Shown here in pieces: positions 1-13,240 of a stretch of DNA of 64,000 nt (positions are counted from its first letter, which is position 1; every line of letters starts with the position of its first letter). The notes below the pieces were generated by a model. The model made no database searches and had not been told where the DNA came from. It worked only from the letters and a program-made list of their open reading frames with translations. The stretch is taken from assembly GCA_036172245.1 (NCBI GenBank), contig JAYWIR010000042.1:248001-312000 (forward strand), in the 5' to 3' direction. Position numbers and translations under genes: made by a program. This DNA comes from Raillietiella orientalis. Its lineage: Eukaryota.

Positions 1-809
1 CGGTGCCTCCAGCTCGATCAAAGCTAAAGTGGGCCGCCCTGCTGGCGACCTTCCTACACAATCGTCGACGGCAGTCATTGCCGGGATGGTCGACGTGGAG
101 GAGGAAAGCGTTTTCGCCATACCAAGGAGGCATTCGCAACCGCTTCGAGAGGAGTGATGCGCAATGGTCCGAACCGGAATGCAGGATGCAAGCGGCTCCT
201 CAGGGCAACCGTGACCAGAACGAGCTCGAAGTCGGTGGCATCAGCACCCCCGTTCTCTCCCCCTCGCGTTTACCCCTGTCAGGACCACGCACGTCACCGT
301 CATGCTATCCCATACCGTTCCCTGTTTATTTATTCATTCCCTGGCTTTCTCTGCCCTTCCTCAGCTCCCTCCCTAGCTCTGCCCCCAGTGAGGTTCTTCC
401 CTTTCGTTCCAGGGCGGTCTCGCGTCGGTCCCTTCCTTGTTGCACGCATTTTACTTATTCATATTGGATAAAGGCGCGGACATCCGAGATGAAAAGGTCA
501 TCAACCAAATCCTTCACTGTGCTCTTGCGCTATCCATTTCTTTTCATTTTTGGTTCCCAATGAGTGCTGGACAAGCATCCGCACCCTCAGCGGAGGCTCA
601 CGAGGCTCATTGGCACCGTCCACGCCACCCGAGTGTGCGTGTGACTCTTCGAGTAATAGGTAGTGATCCCGGAAGGGGACCACCGTGTGATTCCAGGAAG
701 GGTCCGCAGAAAGGAGTCTGTTCTTCCCACGCCTGGGGAGGGAACCCCGAAGGGAACCCCTCACCCTGGCTATTTCCGATTTCCACCCTGACACGTCGGA
801 GTGTCTCTT

Positions 810-1540
810 AAAATGTAAAAAGGAAACTCACAAATTGTGGTGGGACGCGTGGTTATACCACGCTCCGCTTGTCCACAGACCTGCCGGGTCGCCGGTGTGC
901 AGACTGGCGGGCTTCCCTCGACGGCGGAGGATGGGAGAAAACAGACAGAAAGAGTAAACAAAAATAAATAAAAATCTTTGGGAGAATAGGGAAGGGATCC
1001 CTGTCCGCCGTAGGAAGTCTTCAGCATCCTTTCCAGGATGGGCCAGATAGGTCCATCCGAATAGCTCCCAGGTGAGACTCTCTGGCCGCCATCCGCAGAA
1101 AGCGAACTGAGAACCGGACGGCGTCCCTTCCGTCTCTCCCTCTGTCGGCTTCGCTCCAGGCCGCCTCCATCCCGCGGCAGAGCTATGCTGGGGTTGCGGC
1201 TGGCTGCAGGACGTCCCTCACGAAGAGGAGTCGTAAAACATCCCTGGAGTTGCTGCAGGGGGTTCCTAGAGTCACATCAAAGCATTCCCAAAGGGGTCGG
1301 AGGGTAATACCGTTCACAGGCAGGTGCGGCAGGGATTTCCGTTCTCCGCACCTGCTACAGTCCGAGTTCTTCCTCCCCAGAGTCCAGTGGTGTTGGCGGG
1401 AGCTGCAGGGGAGACCCCAGCGCAACAGCAGCAGAAGTGTCGACTCCCGTCACTTCAGGCGGAGGGAGCTGCTGTTCTTGAGCTCTAGAACCCACTTCAG
1501 GTCTCTGCTAGGAATGCCAGGCAGCTCGCCCCAGTTCTGA
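810..1540 (-). mobile_element. 3' end of a decayed Tx1/L1-like LINE (C-terminal zinc-finger region and 3' UTR)
   Basis: ELKNSSSLRLK*RESTLLLLLRWGLPCSSRQHHWTLGRKNSDCSRCGERKSLPHL...RDVLRLLFVRDV, with stops. Aligns with 56460-57140 at protein and DNA level. Confidence 0.65.
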
Positions 1541-1544
1541 AGTC

Positions 1545-1930
1545 CTAGTGGGAGGACACTCGGGATCGCAGCGTCTGGGAGCCTCACCTTGGTTGTCCCC
1601 GGAGGAAACCACTTCCTCATTCTCTGCGAAGGGACTCCCCGGAGAGCAGCCTCCCCTGATTTCTCCTCCGGAGGGAGCCCGCAAGAAAGCCGCTCCTTGT
1701 TTCCTCCTCTTTGGAGGGCCCCGAAGGAATGCTTTCCAATTTCTGAGAAGGGTCGCTCTCAGAAGGGAGCAGAGAGATTCTTCACTCTGGAGAAGTATCG
1801 AACCGTTCCAATCGAAGGACACGATGAAAGGTCTCCCCCCAAGGGGGGGATGGGATGGGAACCGGCACTCCTCGATTCCTGGAAGGACCCCGGAGGATCA
1901 ACTTCCAATCCCGACCAGTCAACAGCGCGT
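1545..1930 (-). mobile_element. Body of the SINE-like dispersed repeat
   Basis: The reverse complement (ggattggaagttgatcctccggggtccttccaggaatcgaggag...ctccagagtg...agaaattggaaagcattccttcgggg) matches 24880-25130 and 42850-43170. Confidence 0.7.
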
Positions 1931-2479
1931 GGTTACTGTCCGTTTCTAGGGCGTGGATTCTGAAGGAATTCTGACTCCCCGGAGAGCAGGGATCTCTGGC
2001 GATCCTGTGTTTCGGGGCAAACTTGGTCCTCCGCCCGGGATTTTCGGGGATCGCTGCGGCTTCATGAGCCGTGAGTTTTGTCTGCGGAGCAGGGTCCGAC
2101 GTGCATCCCAAGAAGAGCCCGAGGCTGGCTTCACCGCAGGTGATATCGCCTCTCCCCCCTCCTCATGCGACACGCGGGATGCGCAGGAGGGCGAGCTTTC
2201 CGAATGCCCTCAGACTAATCGGCTGCCGCGAGGTCACCACCTCCCCTGCCTGGAGCATGAGATCTCGGGAGGACACACTTCCTGCACCCCCAGCGGACGC
2301 ATGGGTAAGGCACCTTCCTCCGTTCCGGGAGAAGCGCAAATCTACAAATTCTGCGTAGGGATAGTAGAGCGCTGCCCTCTGGGGACTTACTAAATAACTC
2401 TGCGCACGTCGGCCTCCTTTTTCTTTCAACAGAGAAGTGACCTTGTAAACTCTGCGGCTCTTCCGGAGTCTGGAGGATC

Positions 2480-4320
2480 TTCTGCTGTCTTCTGGACCAG
2501 ACCAGCATCTTGCGACACCGCGAGGTCGAAAGCGGGAAACAGACGGAACGATCCCCATCGCGGCGACCGGATAAGGGTTGCGGAGTCTCGTGAGGACCCG
2601 TCACGGACGTCAAAGGGCCGTACGAGCGAGTACTGCCATCAGTTCACTGTCACGCACGCAGGACCATCCAGGGAGGGGAAGGGAGGGTCGAATGAGGGTG
2701 TGCGTCCCGATGCGCTCGCGCTGTGTGGACCAAGAAAGAATCCCTCCCGATGGATCTGCGCTTCCAGTCCCACAAACTCATGGAAGGCCGTGTCCTTCCT
2801 CCCCAGGTGTCGAAAGAGCGCTTTCCCTCCTTGGATTCTGCATCAAGCAGACGGTAGCAGCGGGCTGCGACCATCTGCAAAGCAGCCACTACAGATACGC
2901 GAGCATCCTCTGCCTGCGAGACGTGGGTCATGAGGAATTCGCAGGACCGCTCGCTGTTGCTGCACTCTGCACGCCGTATCCACCGCCCCTTTCGGGAGCC
3001 ACCAGTCTGAGAGGTAGATCCAGACGACTAGGAGCAGGTCGTACAGACAGACTTCCTGCCGACTTGGCCCTCGTTCCATCCACGTCGTCCGCGAATCGTG
3101 GGACCATTTTTGCCGGTGCGCGACTTCGCCTCAGCTTCAGGGAGATAGGGTGACTGTAGGTGCTTCGCGCCTCCGTGAGACTCCTTCAAAATCCAAGCCC
3201 CTTAACATCTTCGCGGCGATCCCGAGATTGGGGAAGGTCAAAAAATAAGAATAAAAAACACTTTCCTGTGGCTTGCACTAGGAACACCTCGTGATCTCTG
3301 GGGGCCACTGTTAGCCTAGTCCATCACCACCAACACTTCGCTTGGTTTGTGCTCTAAAGGCATTCGTAGAGCTTTTTGGTGCCTCGCAACGTGTTGCTAT
3401 GGCATCCCGCCTCTCTGTGTTGCTTTCGTGATCTCAGCAAAACAGTCGAGCTTCGACGCTTTCGCTTCCGAGACCTTAATGCATCCAGGCTGTTCCCTTC
3501 TTGGCTCCTAGGTTGCCAGTGGCAGCCTTTAAAGAAATTTCTCTGCATATCTTCAGGAAATATCCTTGCTGCTTTCTTCGAGAAAGGCCTCTTTGCCCTT
3601 CATCCGATTTCCTGTTTGGGCACTTCGCAGCCATCGAGGCGACCGCATTGGTGATCACGAACGGATGTCTCCCAAAAGCAGCGATTCCAATGGTCGGCCT
3701 CTACGGGAGACGCCGGTTCGAATGGTGTCCCCGCCATTCAATTGGACGGCCATCATGAGCAAGAAACTCCCTCCGCCTCAGAGCTACGTACGCAGCACGA
3801 AAAGAAGAGCAGCCCTCTCCGACCAGCCGGAAACGCAAGTCGCCGTCGCTATCACATCGAGCACAAAATGGCGCCGCCTCCAGCAATGGACCACAGAAAA
3901 TAGAGAGAGTGAGTGGGTCAAGCGCGCACCTCCTGTGGGAGCAATCCGCGAATCTTTCTGGGAGTGCAGTGAGAGACAAATGCACTCACGTGTGTTCCTA
4001 CGTGCCTGCGGCACTGCTCTCCTCTCGTGAACAACGCTCAAGAGGCAGATGTAGAAACCGGTCCTCTTGCAAATGCATTGGAAGGCTGAAGCGCTTTTAC
4101 AGGCGGAACATCGACGGTTTCGCGTGCTGTGCAGGACTTCCGGGACGGAGAACCCGGTGGAAAAATCCGCAAGAGAACAGTCTGCCTGAATCTGTCCCGA
4201 GACATGCTCCACGGGAATGCTCCACAAAAGGAAAGCTGCGGAAGAACTTCCCGAGATCAATGGCTTGGTATTTGGGAGTTTTTTCTAGCTCCCAGGGAGC
4301 TGGAATGAGGGCTGGGTGAT
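2480..4320 (+). mobile_element. Decayed LINE ORF2 (RT start and R1/I-group-like C-terminus)
   Basis: CVDQERIPPDG...ERALSLLGFCIK resembles C...IP..W...RPISLL...K. GHFAAIEATALVITNGCLP and KWRRLQQW...FLRACG...EH-RFRVLC resemble R1-type C-termini. Heavily degraded. Confidence 0.4.
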
Positions 4321-5739
4321 TGCTCTCCTAGCGGCCAAACGATGGAGTCTTTCTGCGCTGCACCCGAGGCGAACGGGAACCCTGATGCACCGTTCACCAC
4401 CCACACGCGGGTCCTGCAGGAGTTTCGCTCTTCTAAGAGCAGTGACTCACTTCAGAGAGGCTTCCGTGGTGTTTCCCTAGGTGGGCGTGACGCCTTTGAA
4501 CGAGCCTTTGAACGGCTTTGAAGCCATGACGACTTTGAACAGTGGGCAGCGGAACGCCCGAGAGTCAGAAGGGGTTCCATCTTCCTTCCTCTATCATTTC
4601 CTCCTCTTCCTACCAGTTTGAGTTGCAAGTCTTCCTGAGCTGGTGTATTCGAAAATTCTGCAGCCACAATTACTTCGGTATCCTTTTGCTAAGAAACGAG
4701 TGATCAGGGCGAGTCAAGATTATCTATTCTTCCACGGTCCGTATGTTTTCCTTGTTAATGAGCACCTCACCTTCCCCAGTGAGTGGAAGGGTGTATGGCA
4801 CTCTTTTGTGATGTTCTGTCTATGGAGACACACGAAAACTTCAGCCATTGTGGTTGTGTTTGCTTTTTTTCTTTTCCCTTTCTTTTTCCCTTTTCACGAG
4901 ACACGCCACGCTCTGCGTCTGGCTGATCTCGCGCCAAGCACGCAAGCTTCCGGCTTGACTCCTTAGCGTCAGCTGCGGAAGAGTTTCATTGTCGTCTTGA
5001 GGCCAACAGCCCTTCATCAAACTGCAGTGCTCCATCGAGGTCGCCGTGCTGCATGGATGCCACTGGGACACCACTCTCACGGAAGAGGGCCAGCCAGCAG
5101 TTCTCTTTCAAGGCGGCCAGCCCTGTGAAGGGACGGCCAGCATCTCGCGTGGCCTCCTGCTGAGGGGGGGTGCTGCCGTTGTGGGGAACCAGAAACTGGG
5201 AGACATGCGGCGAATGGGAACAAGGCGCTGACCGGGTAGAATCATAGCTCCTCCTCCTACGGCTGGAGTCGGCATCCGCGGCAGCTGGAACCCGCTGAGA
5301 AGTGGCGGCACCCTTTGCCTGCCGAAACCGGCTCTATCCAGAATTGTAGGGGCTTCAAAACGACTGCGAGGATCATGTCCCTTCGTTTTCTTTGTCGGGA
5401 AACTTTGAGGAAGTGTGAAGGGAGTTATCCATCGCTACTTTTTTCGGGTCTTCGTTCTACGGATCGCGGTTTTCATCTTTGAATTTCAGACATCTCCATC
5501 TAAAGAATCTGGTCCGCTCTGGTTGATACTCGCTACCAGGACTGTACTTCTTCGAAGCTCGCGAACTCGGCTCCTCGTGCAACACAATAGAAAGGGACAC
5601 CACGTCCGGAATGCTGGAAGAGGCGGACGCTGATCTTTGATCTCGGTTAATCGGGTTCAGAAAGGGGTTTCCAGGGAAATCGAAGCAGGCGTTCCTTCTG
5701 AAGCACTTCCAGATAGACCTTCACCTTGAATATCAGAGC

Positions 5740-6260
5740 CCACAGATCAGACTTCGAGGTCCGTGTCGAATTCCGCCTGATGTGGTGCTTCTTTCTGGGA
5801 ACAGTAGCAGCTGAAAGACCGTATCCGTCTTGTGGGCTTCGTGCTCACTCCCCATCTTTCCAATCCTAACCACCAGAGGGGCAGCCTCGCCTCCCCTTCT
5901 TTGGCTTCCCACCTCCTTCCGCTCGGCGCTTGCCCTTGAGCACCTCTTGGCAGCTGCGGGAATTCGCGAGCCACGGGGGTCTTGCTCTCGGTGCACACGG
6001 TGGAGCCAAGGCGACGCTCGCGAGCAGCCCAACCTTACGGGCTGCAATCCTGGCGGTTGCCAGCGGACCAGGGAAGCAGCCGTCAGGAACCAATGCGGAT
6101 GGCTACTGGGAGGGCATATCCACGGAAAGACTTCACTGGAGGCGCATAATGGAATACATCCCGCGAAGAAGCACGAGTTTTTCTCCACCGTCATCGTGTC
6201 CTTCCAGGAAAGAGAGAAGAACTCCGCCACGACCTCCCTCCCGGAGACTCCAGGTGCTAG
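5740..6260 (-). mobile_element. Decayed LINE RT fragment
   Basis: SWKDTMTVEK...GCIPLCASSEVF...QPPGLQPVR, then LWWLGLERWGVSTKPTRRIRSF...EFDT, in RT motif order across frameshifts. Confidence 0.4.
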
Positions 6261-9200
6261 TCGTCCGTCCGCCACCGCACAGCTGCCGTTGGGTGCGCTC
6301 TCTTCCCTGCACCGAGAGATGTCTGCACCAGTTTCCGCTCTTCAGTTTTAAATTTGTTTGTAAGCAAATTGACGTTCAGCTGGGTTCGCCCCCGCATCCC
6401 GTTTGAGGGAACGCATAAATAGCGTCCAATCACGTTGCCCTCATGTGGGAAGAGCGGTAAACAACCGCGTGTCGCTCCGGAGTTGTTGCTGCGTCGAAAG
6501 TGCAGTCGCGCCGATGTCCTTGGGCGCGGTGCTGGGATGCTGCCATCGTGGGCATTGGTCTCGCGGCTGGCAGAGGGGGAAGGTCGCTCCGGAGGACAGC
6601 GGAGATGGGGGGCGGCCGTGGAGACCGGTCACACCCCACAACCACTATACACCACACTGCGTTCCGCATGCGGGAGGAGATGCGTTCTCCTGCTTCGTGA
6701 GCTTGCACCCTGGCGTACCGGGTCGCTCGTCCGCCATGGAGCACCAAAGCAAGAAGACAGCCCGCATTCCGGCTCATGGCGGAGCGAGGAGCACTGCTGA
6801 GACCTGGCTGTGGACAAATCTCGCGGGGAAATGCGTGCCGGCGGGGCAGTGAGTCGACGAGTGCAGGGTGGGGAAGACGGCCCCCACGGCGGTTGCGGAT
6901 CTCCGAGACCTGTATGGGAAGGGACCCGGTAGTAGGAAACCCGGAATTCCGACGTTTCCAAAGGGAATTCCGGGAAGTCGAGGCGCTTTTGAGAGGGAAG
7001 ACGGAACTCTGGATCTTGGGGCTTCTGCCACCCGCGAAGCCTTCCATCGAGTGATCGGAATTGTCTCCCAAGCGCAGCGCTCCTCACCTCCCTGCCGATG
7101 CAGGAGTGTCGGTTGCCGCGGCGACCCGCTTCCTTCCCAGATGCGTATCCTCCTCCTCCTCCCCTCCTTCCTTCTCCAGCCGCAGCGGTTGTCCGGGGCG
7201 TGACAGGCGCCAATGTTTCACTGAGTGCTCCTGCGAGCTGGGATCGCAGCTCCAGGGACCTCGACCAAGGAAGGGGAAGGTCTACCAATGCTCCAATCTC
7301 TACACCACCGTTTCCAACGTGGCTCTTTTCCTAAAGCTCCACGAGCAGCGAAGGGAGGACGGCGAGTTGACGTCCCCCGGCTTCGGGGACTCCGTGCCGC
7401 GTCCCCTCCCTACTCCGACTGATGCGGGGGAGGGGGCACGGAAGCGATGATCCTCCGTCGGAGAGGCGCCTCGAGCACGAGAGACTCCCAGATGAGCAGC
7501 TGCTCCGCTTGGAGGACCTCCAAAATCCCCCTGGGGCAGCAAAACGCCCCCGGCCGAACCCGCCTCCTCGCAAGTCATGGTGGAAGGTCGGAGGGAATTC
7601 TCCTCCCAGACCCTAGGGGGACCCCGGCCTCTCATGCACACGACAGAGCCCATATCATCAGCTAACCACTCGCCCCTGCTGAGCCCCGGAGAGCACCGCC
7701 CAGGGGGGTCCCTCCTCCTGAATGCATATGACGCCGTCGTTAAGGTCCATCCTGCATCCTGTGCCGTCCTCGCCAAGCGTTCTTGTTCCCTGCTGATGCC
7801 AAGCTACTCATAGGAGGTACCGTGGCCCGTGTGAAGGGCTGGGAAGATCCTGCCTGAGCCAGCGGGCTGTGTGGGAACATCCAGGTGGGGAGGGAGGGCA
7901 AGCGCTCTCTCTGCCGGGATGCGGGCGGAGGGAGAGACATCCTCGGGGTGTCCGCGATCCTTCCAAGAGACCGCTTAGCTCCTGAGCGACATCAGTAAAG
8001 ACGGGGTCGCAGCTCGCATCCTGACCACGCCCGGATGCGCCGCTTCTGGAGCGCACTTCGGTGCCGCAGGGGGAAGCTGGAGCACGGGAGCGGAAGCGAG
8101 GGGGCGGCGGAGGCGTTCCTGGCAGACCCGAACGGGGTCAAGCCCGCCCGCCTCCACGCAGGATGACGAGAGAAAGGAAGATGCGATGGAGACTCCCGTA
8201 CGGTGCGGGGAGAACGGCCCTCGGCCCACCCGAAGGGTCCATTCCCCGACGAGAAACGTCTCTTCGGGACCGGGAGCGGCATCCCACGGACGTCCCTACC
8301 TTCGTTCCCCGCTCCCCCTTTCCTTCCACCCGCCGGGTCCTCCTAGTCTCGGGCCCCGCCCGCCTAGCAGCGGCCTCCACGAAGACAGAGCTGCTTTTTC
8401 CCTTCCCTCCCCCTTCCCTTCAGCCCGCTGGCTCCCGCGGGCGCTGCAGAGGCAGGGCAGGAATTTTGGCGGAGTTCGGGATGCCCTCGGGACTCGAGGC
8501 TGCTCTCAGGGAACGCTCCTTCAGCGGGAAGAGGAGTCGCGAGGTGAACGGGAGGGAGGCGGCGCGGGGGTGCTCTCAAGGCGATTCGCATGGAGGGGAC
8601 CGCATCGGGAATCCCTCAGGAAGCAGGTTCGGTGCCGTCCCTGCAAGTCGCGCGTCCTCCTCGCCGCATGCGCCCTTCCGCGCGCGTCATGATCGAGAAG
8701 GGGAAGAAGGAGAGGGGGGAAGAAGCCAGAACGGGAACCCGGTCCCACGCTCTCCTTACCCGGGGACGCCGTCGGAGCCAGAGAAGCGTTCGGGCGACTC
8801 GGGGACGAGGAGGGCTCGGTGGGCTGCACGCTGGGGTCACCGCCCGCCCGAGCTTACCCCGCGATTCCACTCCCTTCCTTGAGGGGTCCTCCTCTTCCCT
8901 CCCCCTCGAAAGTTCTTGTGAAGGGCAGGTGGAACCCGAATCGTCCGGGAGGTCAAGGATGCTTCACCCCCTTCCCTTTGCCACTCCCGCACCGGAGCCA
9001 GCCCTCTCCACGGCTCTCATCCCGCCCTCCAGCCTCCAGGGTCTTCCAGGGGCCCTCCTGGAGATCGGAAGGCTGTGAGACCTTCCCGCCCCCCTCCTCG
9101 GGTCTCGCACGGAGGGAGGAGGAAAACGAGGAACCGCAGTCCCCCCCCTTCACTCCTCGCAGTGGTCCGCCCGGTGGCTGCCGTGATCTCCAGGGCGGGA

Positions 9201-10899
9201 TGGGAGAGTGGGTGGACAGCCCCGCGGAGACCAACACGCCGCGTGCCGGCACGCGGGTAGGCGAGCGACTACCCGCGTGCTAGGAAATCTCCCCACGTGG
9301 CCCATGGCGAGTTCAGCGATGGGATGCAGCGAACGCGAAATCGTGGATATCCGCGTGGACAGCTCGCTTGCTGCGGGCGACCCCGAGGCCAGGGATCTTT
9401 CCAAGACGCTTTCTCGGACAATTCACGTGACGGGCCTCCTCATCCCCTCCTCCTCTTGGATCTCCACCTCTCGGGGGAAGTGGGAGGTTTCCACACCCTC
9501 TCTACGCGGCCGCGCCAGCGCCCTACTCTGCCCCTGCCGCCGATGGCGAGCAATGGCCAGGAGGGAAGAGGAGGCGGAAGTCGCGGCTCTGCCCCTCAAG
9601 GAAGGACCCTGGGAAAATCATCACTCCTATCTCCTGGAAAATACAGGCACGTACGATACTTTGGTTGATTCTGTTTTGCTCGATCAATATTCGTGCATGA
9701 ATTCAAAGATTTCCAAGCAGAATTATAAAGATAACGCCCTTCTTCCCCTTCCTTTCCCTGTGCGGTCCGTCAGACCCCGAGGGCTGACGACGCTCCTCCG
9801 GGAGAGATCACCCGCTCCGCGAGGCAACTTTCCCCTCTGAGGGCGGCTCTTGGCTGGATCCGGCGCTCCTCCCCTCAGGTACCTCTTGCGTTGCTCCTCT
9901 CTCTGAACTGAGGGCATTCTTGTTTGGAGGAACGCCCCTGGAACGGGGAAGACATTCTTCCCCCCCCCCCTCCCCGAGGCATCCTTTCTGTCCTCCCTCA
10001 GGCGATCGAATCCCGACCAGTGGCTCTCCCCAAGGGGTCTCTCCCTCCCTACCTCTGGCGGCTCCTGGGGGCTCCTTCCCCGGTTGGGACCTCCAGCGTT
10101 CCACCCTCGAGAAAGAGAATGCAGCCTGAACTACGCCACCCGGGAAGGTTCCCATGGATCCTCCTCCAGGGTCCGGTCATCCGAAGGGTGGGAGGTCACC
10201 GCTCCCGTCATCTCTCCCAACTCTTCGCTGCCACGCCCTCCGGCGCTCTCGCAGGTGGCAAAGAACTTTCTCCACCAGGCGTCGTCCGTAGCGGTCGCTG
10301 TTGTTGCCGCCCACGCGCGGTCTCAGGGTCCATCCTAGACGGGCGCTCCTTAAGCCCCCCCGACGTCGTAGGGCCTGAGACCACGGGATCGTGAGGGTTC
10401 CTCTTCTCCTCGGGCCAAGATTCCTCCTAGAGGAAGACGGGGAGCCCGGGAGGGACTCTCGTCTGCCGTTCCGGAGTCCTCGAGGGCACGCGCGAGTGTC
10501 CAGAAGTCACATGGATGCTGCTAGGAAGCACTGGACAAGATTGTCTCTGCCCCCTCTCGCGAGAAAGACCCCGGCAGCCGTTTCCCATCCTCAGAGGGGA
10601 GGGTCGCGCTGCCCGTTTGGAGGGCTGACCATTCCTCACGGACAGTCAAGGAGCGGGAGGTCGCGGACGGCAACCGAGTCCCCAGAGGCACCGCGACTAG
10701 CCAGCCTCCTGTGATCCCCTGAACCGCCTCGGAGAGGGCGGACCCTACGCGACCTGGGTGACCAGGCGCGCATTCCGACCTTTGAGCGGGCTCGAGGGGC
10801 CTTTGACCCACGGGGGTGCTCATCCCCGGACGGCACATCCCGCTGCCCAGGCTTCCGGGACTTCGAGTCTACCGCGGGCACGACCCGGCTTACGCCCCC

Positions 10900-13240
10900 T
10901 CCAGGCGGCGCCTTGGCACGCCTCCCGCGCTAGGTTCGTTCCAGGATAAACACGGCGCGCCCCTGCCTGCCGGAAGCCGGCCAGGCGCTTAAAATAGGCG
11001 GTCTTGCTTTTCTGGCGGCGGCGGAAGAGATGGGTGGGAAAAGCGCGCGTGCGCCCCCTCTGGATCCTTCCAGACTTCGGAGGGTTCCCTGGGAGACGCG
11101 CGTCGGCGCTACCCTCCCCCCTTCTCCCCTCCCCGTGTCGCCGCCACCGAGCGGCGTCGGCGTCTCCCGCGGGAGAGTCCGGCGGCGGCGGCGGCGGTTC
11201 CGCGCAGGGGCGGCCGCAGCGAGCCGGCCGGCAGCGTCGCCCGGCGCAGCCTTCGGGCGTGCGCGCACTCTCTGCCGGAGGACGAGGCGACCCGGGACGC
11301 CCTGGCTCCGCCGTGGGCGGCGGCGAGCGAACACGGTGAGTACCAAGCCGCGCCCCTGACCCGGCGCCCTTGGCGGTCCGCTCACTCTCCAAGGGGCGCG
11401 CAATTCCGCGGCGAGAGGTCCTTTCCGGATGCCCCCACGTGATGGACCTCCTTCCCATCCCCCCTCCTCCTCACGGACCTGCACCACTCGGAAGAAGGAG
11501 GGAGGGCTTTCCTGGGAAAAAGTCTTTTGGGGCCGTCGACGAGGAGAAACCGCTCTAGCCTGCGACCGCGTTGGCATTGCCCCGGGGAACCACGGAGGGC
11601 GCACCCTGTGCTCTGCCAGCCGATCGTCAGGCCACCAAGGTCACCGCAACGCTCGTGGCAGTCCGTAAAGTCTTTCCACCCCCTGTTTCAGGTGAGGACG
11701 CTGTGCGTCATTCCTTGAGGGATCTCAAACGGCGCATCCTCTCCTCCTTCACCTCGCCAGCGGACGCGCTTGCGTGCACCCGCCTGAGGGCTCCGACCAG
11801 GGGTCGACGCTGCCGTCGACGGACTCGCCTGCCGCAGCGCTGGCGCGCGAAGAGGTTGCCTTGGAACGGACGGTCTTTCCCCTCCCCCGAACACCTTGGG
11901 ATAAGCCTCGGGACGTACGGGGACGAAGCGTCGAGACCGGATGCGGCCTCCCGTTTCATCCCGGCGACATACTCTCCGGAATGACGGCCCTCGGGCGACT
12001 TGACGAGTCTGCCATGCGGAGAGAGGCCGCTGCTCACCCGTGTGGGTCGTCATCGCCGAGTGCCGCACTAGGGGTCTCGCAGGGGTGCCAAGCGCTCCCG
12101 CCGCGAGCAAAGAGAGGCCGGGCAGCTCGGAGCAGGTCCGCTCGTCACCCCTGGACTGACGATCGGAGGAAAGAACGTCACCATGATGACTCGCGGCATC
12201 ATACCGGCGTCCCCTGCTTACGACAGGAGGGGAAGAAAAGGAAGGGGGGGAGGGGGAGAAATCGATCTGCCTCGCTCTGTGATCACTGCGAGCGAGGAGG
12301 CAGAATCCGTTCGGATCAATTACGACCGGGTCCGATCTCTCCCCGCGGCTGGAAAGATGGTGTCCTCGGATTCCTCAAATATTAGTTTCTCTCTCTCTCT
12401 CTCCTCCCCCCCCCCTCCATTCCTTCTTCCCTCCAAAGATTGCGGTTGGAGCCAGTGAGACTCCGAGCTGGCTTGACCACGGGGGCGCGCGCGGAGGGTT
12501 CCCGGGGTTTCCCCGGGCTTCGGCCTGGAAGTCTGCGGTCCTGCTCCTCTGCGGGGGGGGACCACCGCTCCCGAAACTTCCAGCTCCACCGCCGCCGCGA
12601 AGGTCGACGGCGACGGCTGCCCACACGCCAACGCGCGCGGACCGAGTACCTCGGGGCCGGGAACTGCGGGGCCGTGCGGATCGGCAGCGCCGCGCGTCTC
12701 CGTCTTGCGGCGGCGACGAGGCAGCAGAGTAACGCGGACTCGCGCTGGAACCCGCATCGAGTCAGCAGCAGCCACCGGGCGGGGAAGAAGAAGTCTCTTT
12801 TCTCTCTTGTGCGTGCGTGCGTGCGTGGGAGTGAGCGCTTTCCCATCCTCCCTCCTCTCGCCCCCTCCCCCCTTCTTCCTCCCGCGCGCCGGGTCTTCCG
12901 CGAGCTCGGCGGTAGCCCCGTCGGTGTTCGGCTGCTGGTGTCCCCCGTAGTGTTCGCTTCCCCCGGGCACGGGTTCCATTGCAAGCGGCAGTGAGCAGTG
13001 CATTTCGGCAGCGCACTGTGCGTGCGCGCGCGTGCACGTGTACGTGTTTGTGAAATGGAAGACACGGCGGGGAAAACACTCTGACGGGAGCGGCACCTGC
13101 CCTAAAAATCCGATCCGGAAGAACAGCCCGGATCGCAGCCTGTGCTTTTGGAACTGTCGAGCACGCTGCTTGCCGCGACTTCCCTCTGACCCGAGGAACG
13201 ATGCAGTGACCTCGCACATGCTCCTTACGAAAAACTAACG
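10900..13240 (+). promoter_or_regulatory. GC/CpG-rich promoter-like region with two candidate 5' non-coding exons ending at 11335 and 13240
   Basis: Very GC-rich, GGC-run-rich sequence with no recognisable TE protein. Two perfect ACG|GTGAGT donors (GT at 11336 and 13241) lie upstream of the 21419 acceptor. Confidence 0.45.

Noticed and set aside
810..1930. Single SINE with a LINE-derived 3' tail
   Set aside because: Other copies of the body (25330, 43250) are not followed by this LINE sequence, so the adjacency looks incidental.
2163..2558. Minus-strand RT motif (YAEFVDLRF)
   Set aside because: Isolated match. The plus strand of the adjoining region gives a more coherent RT motif series.
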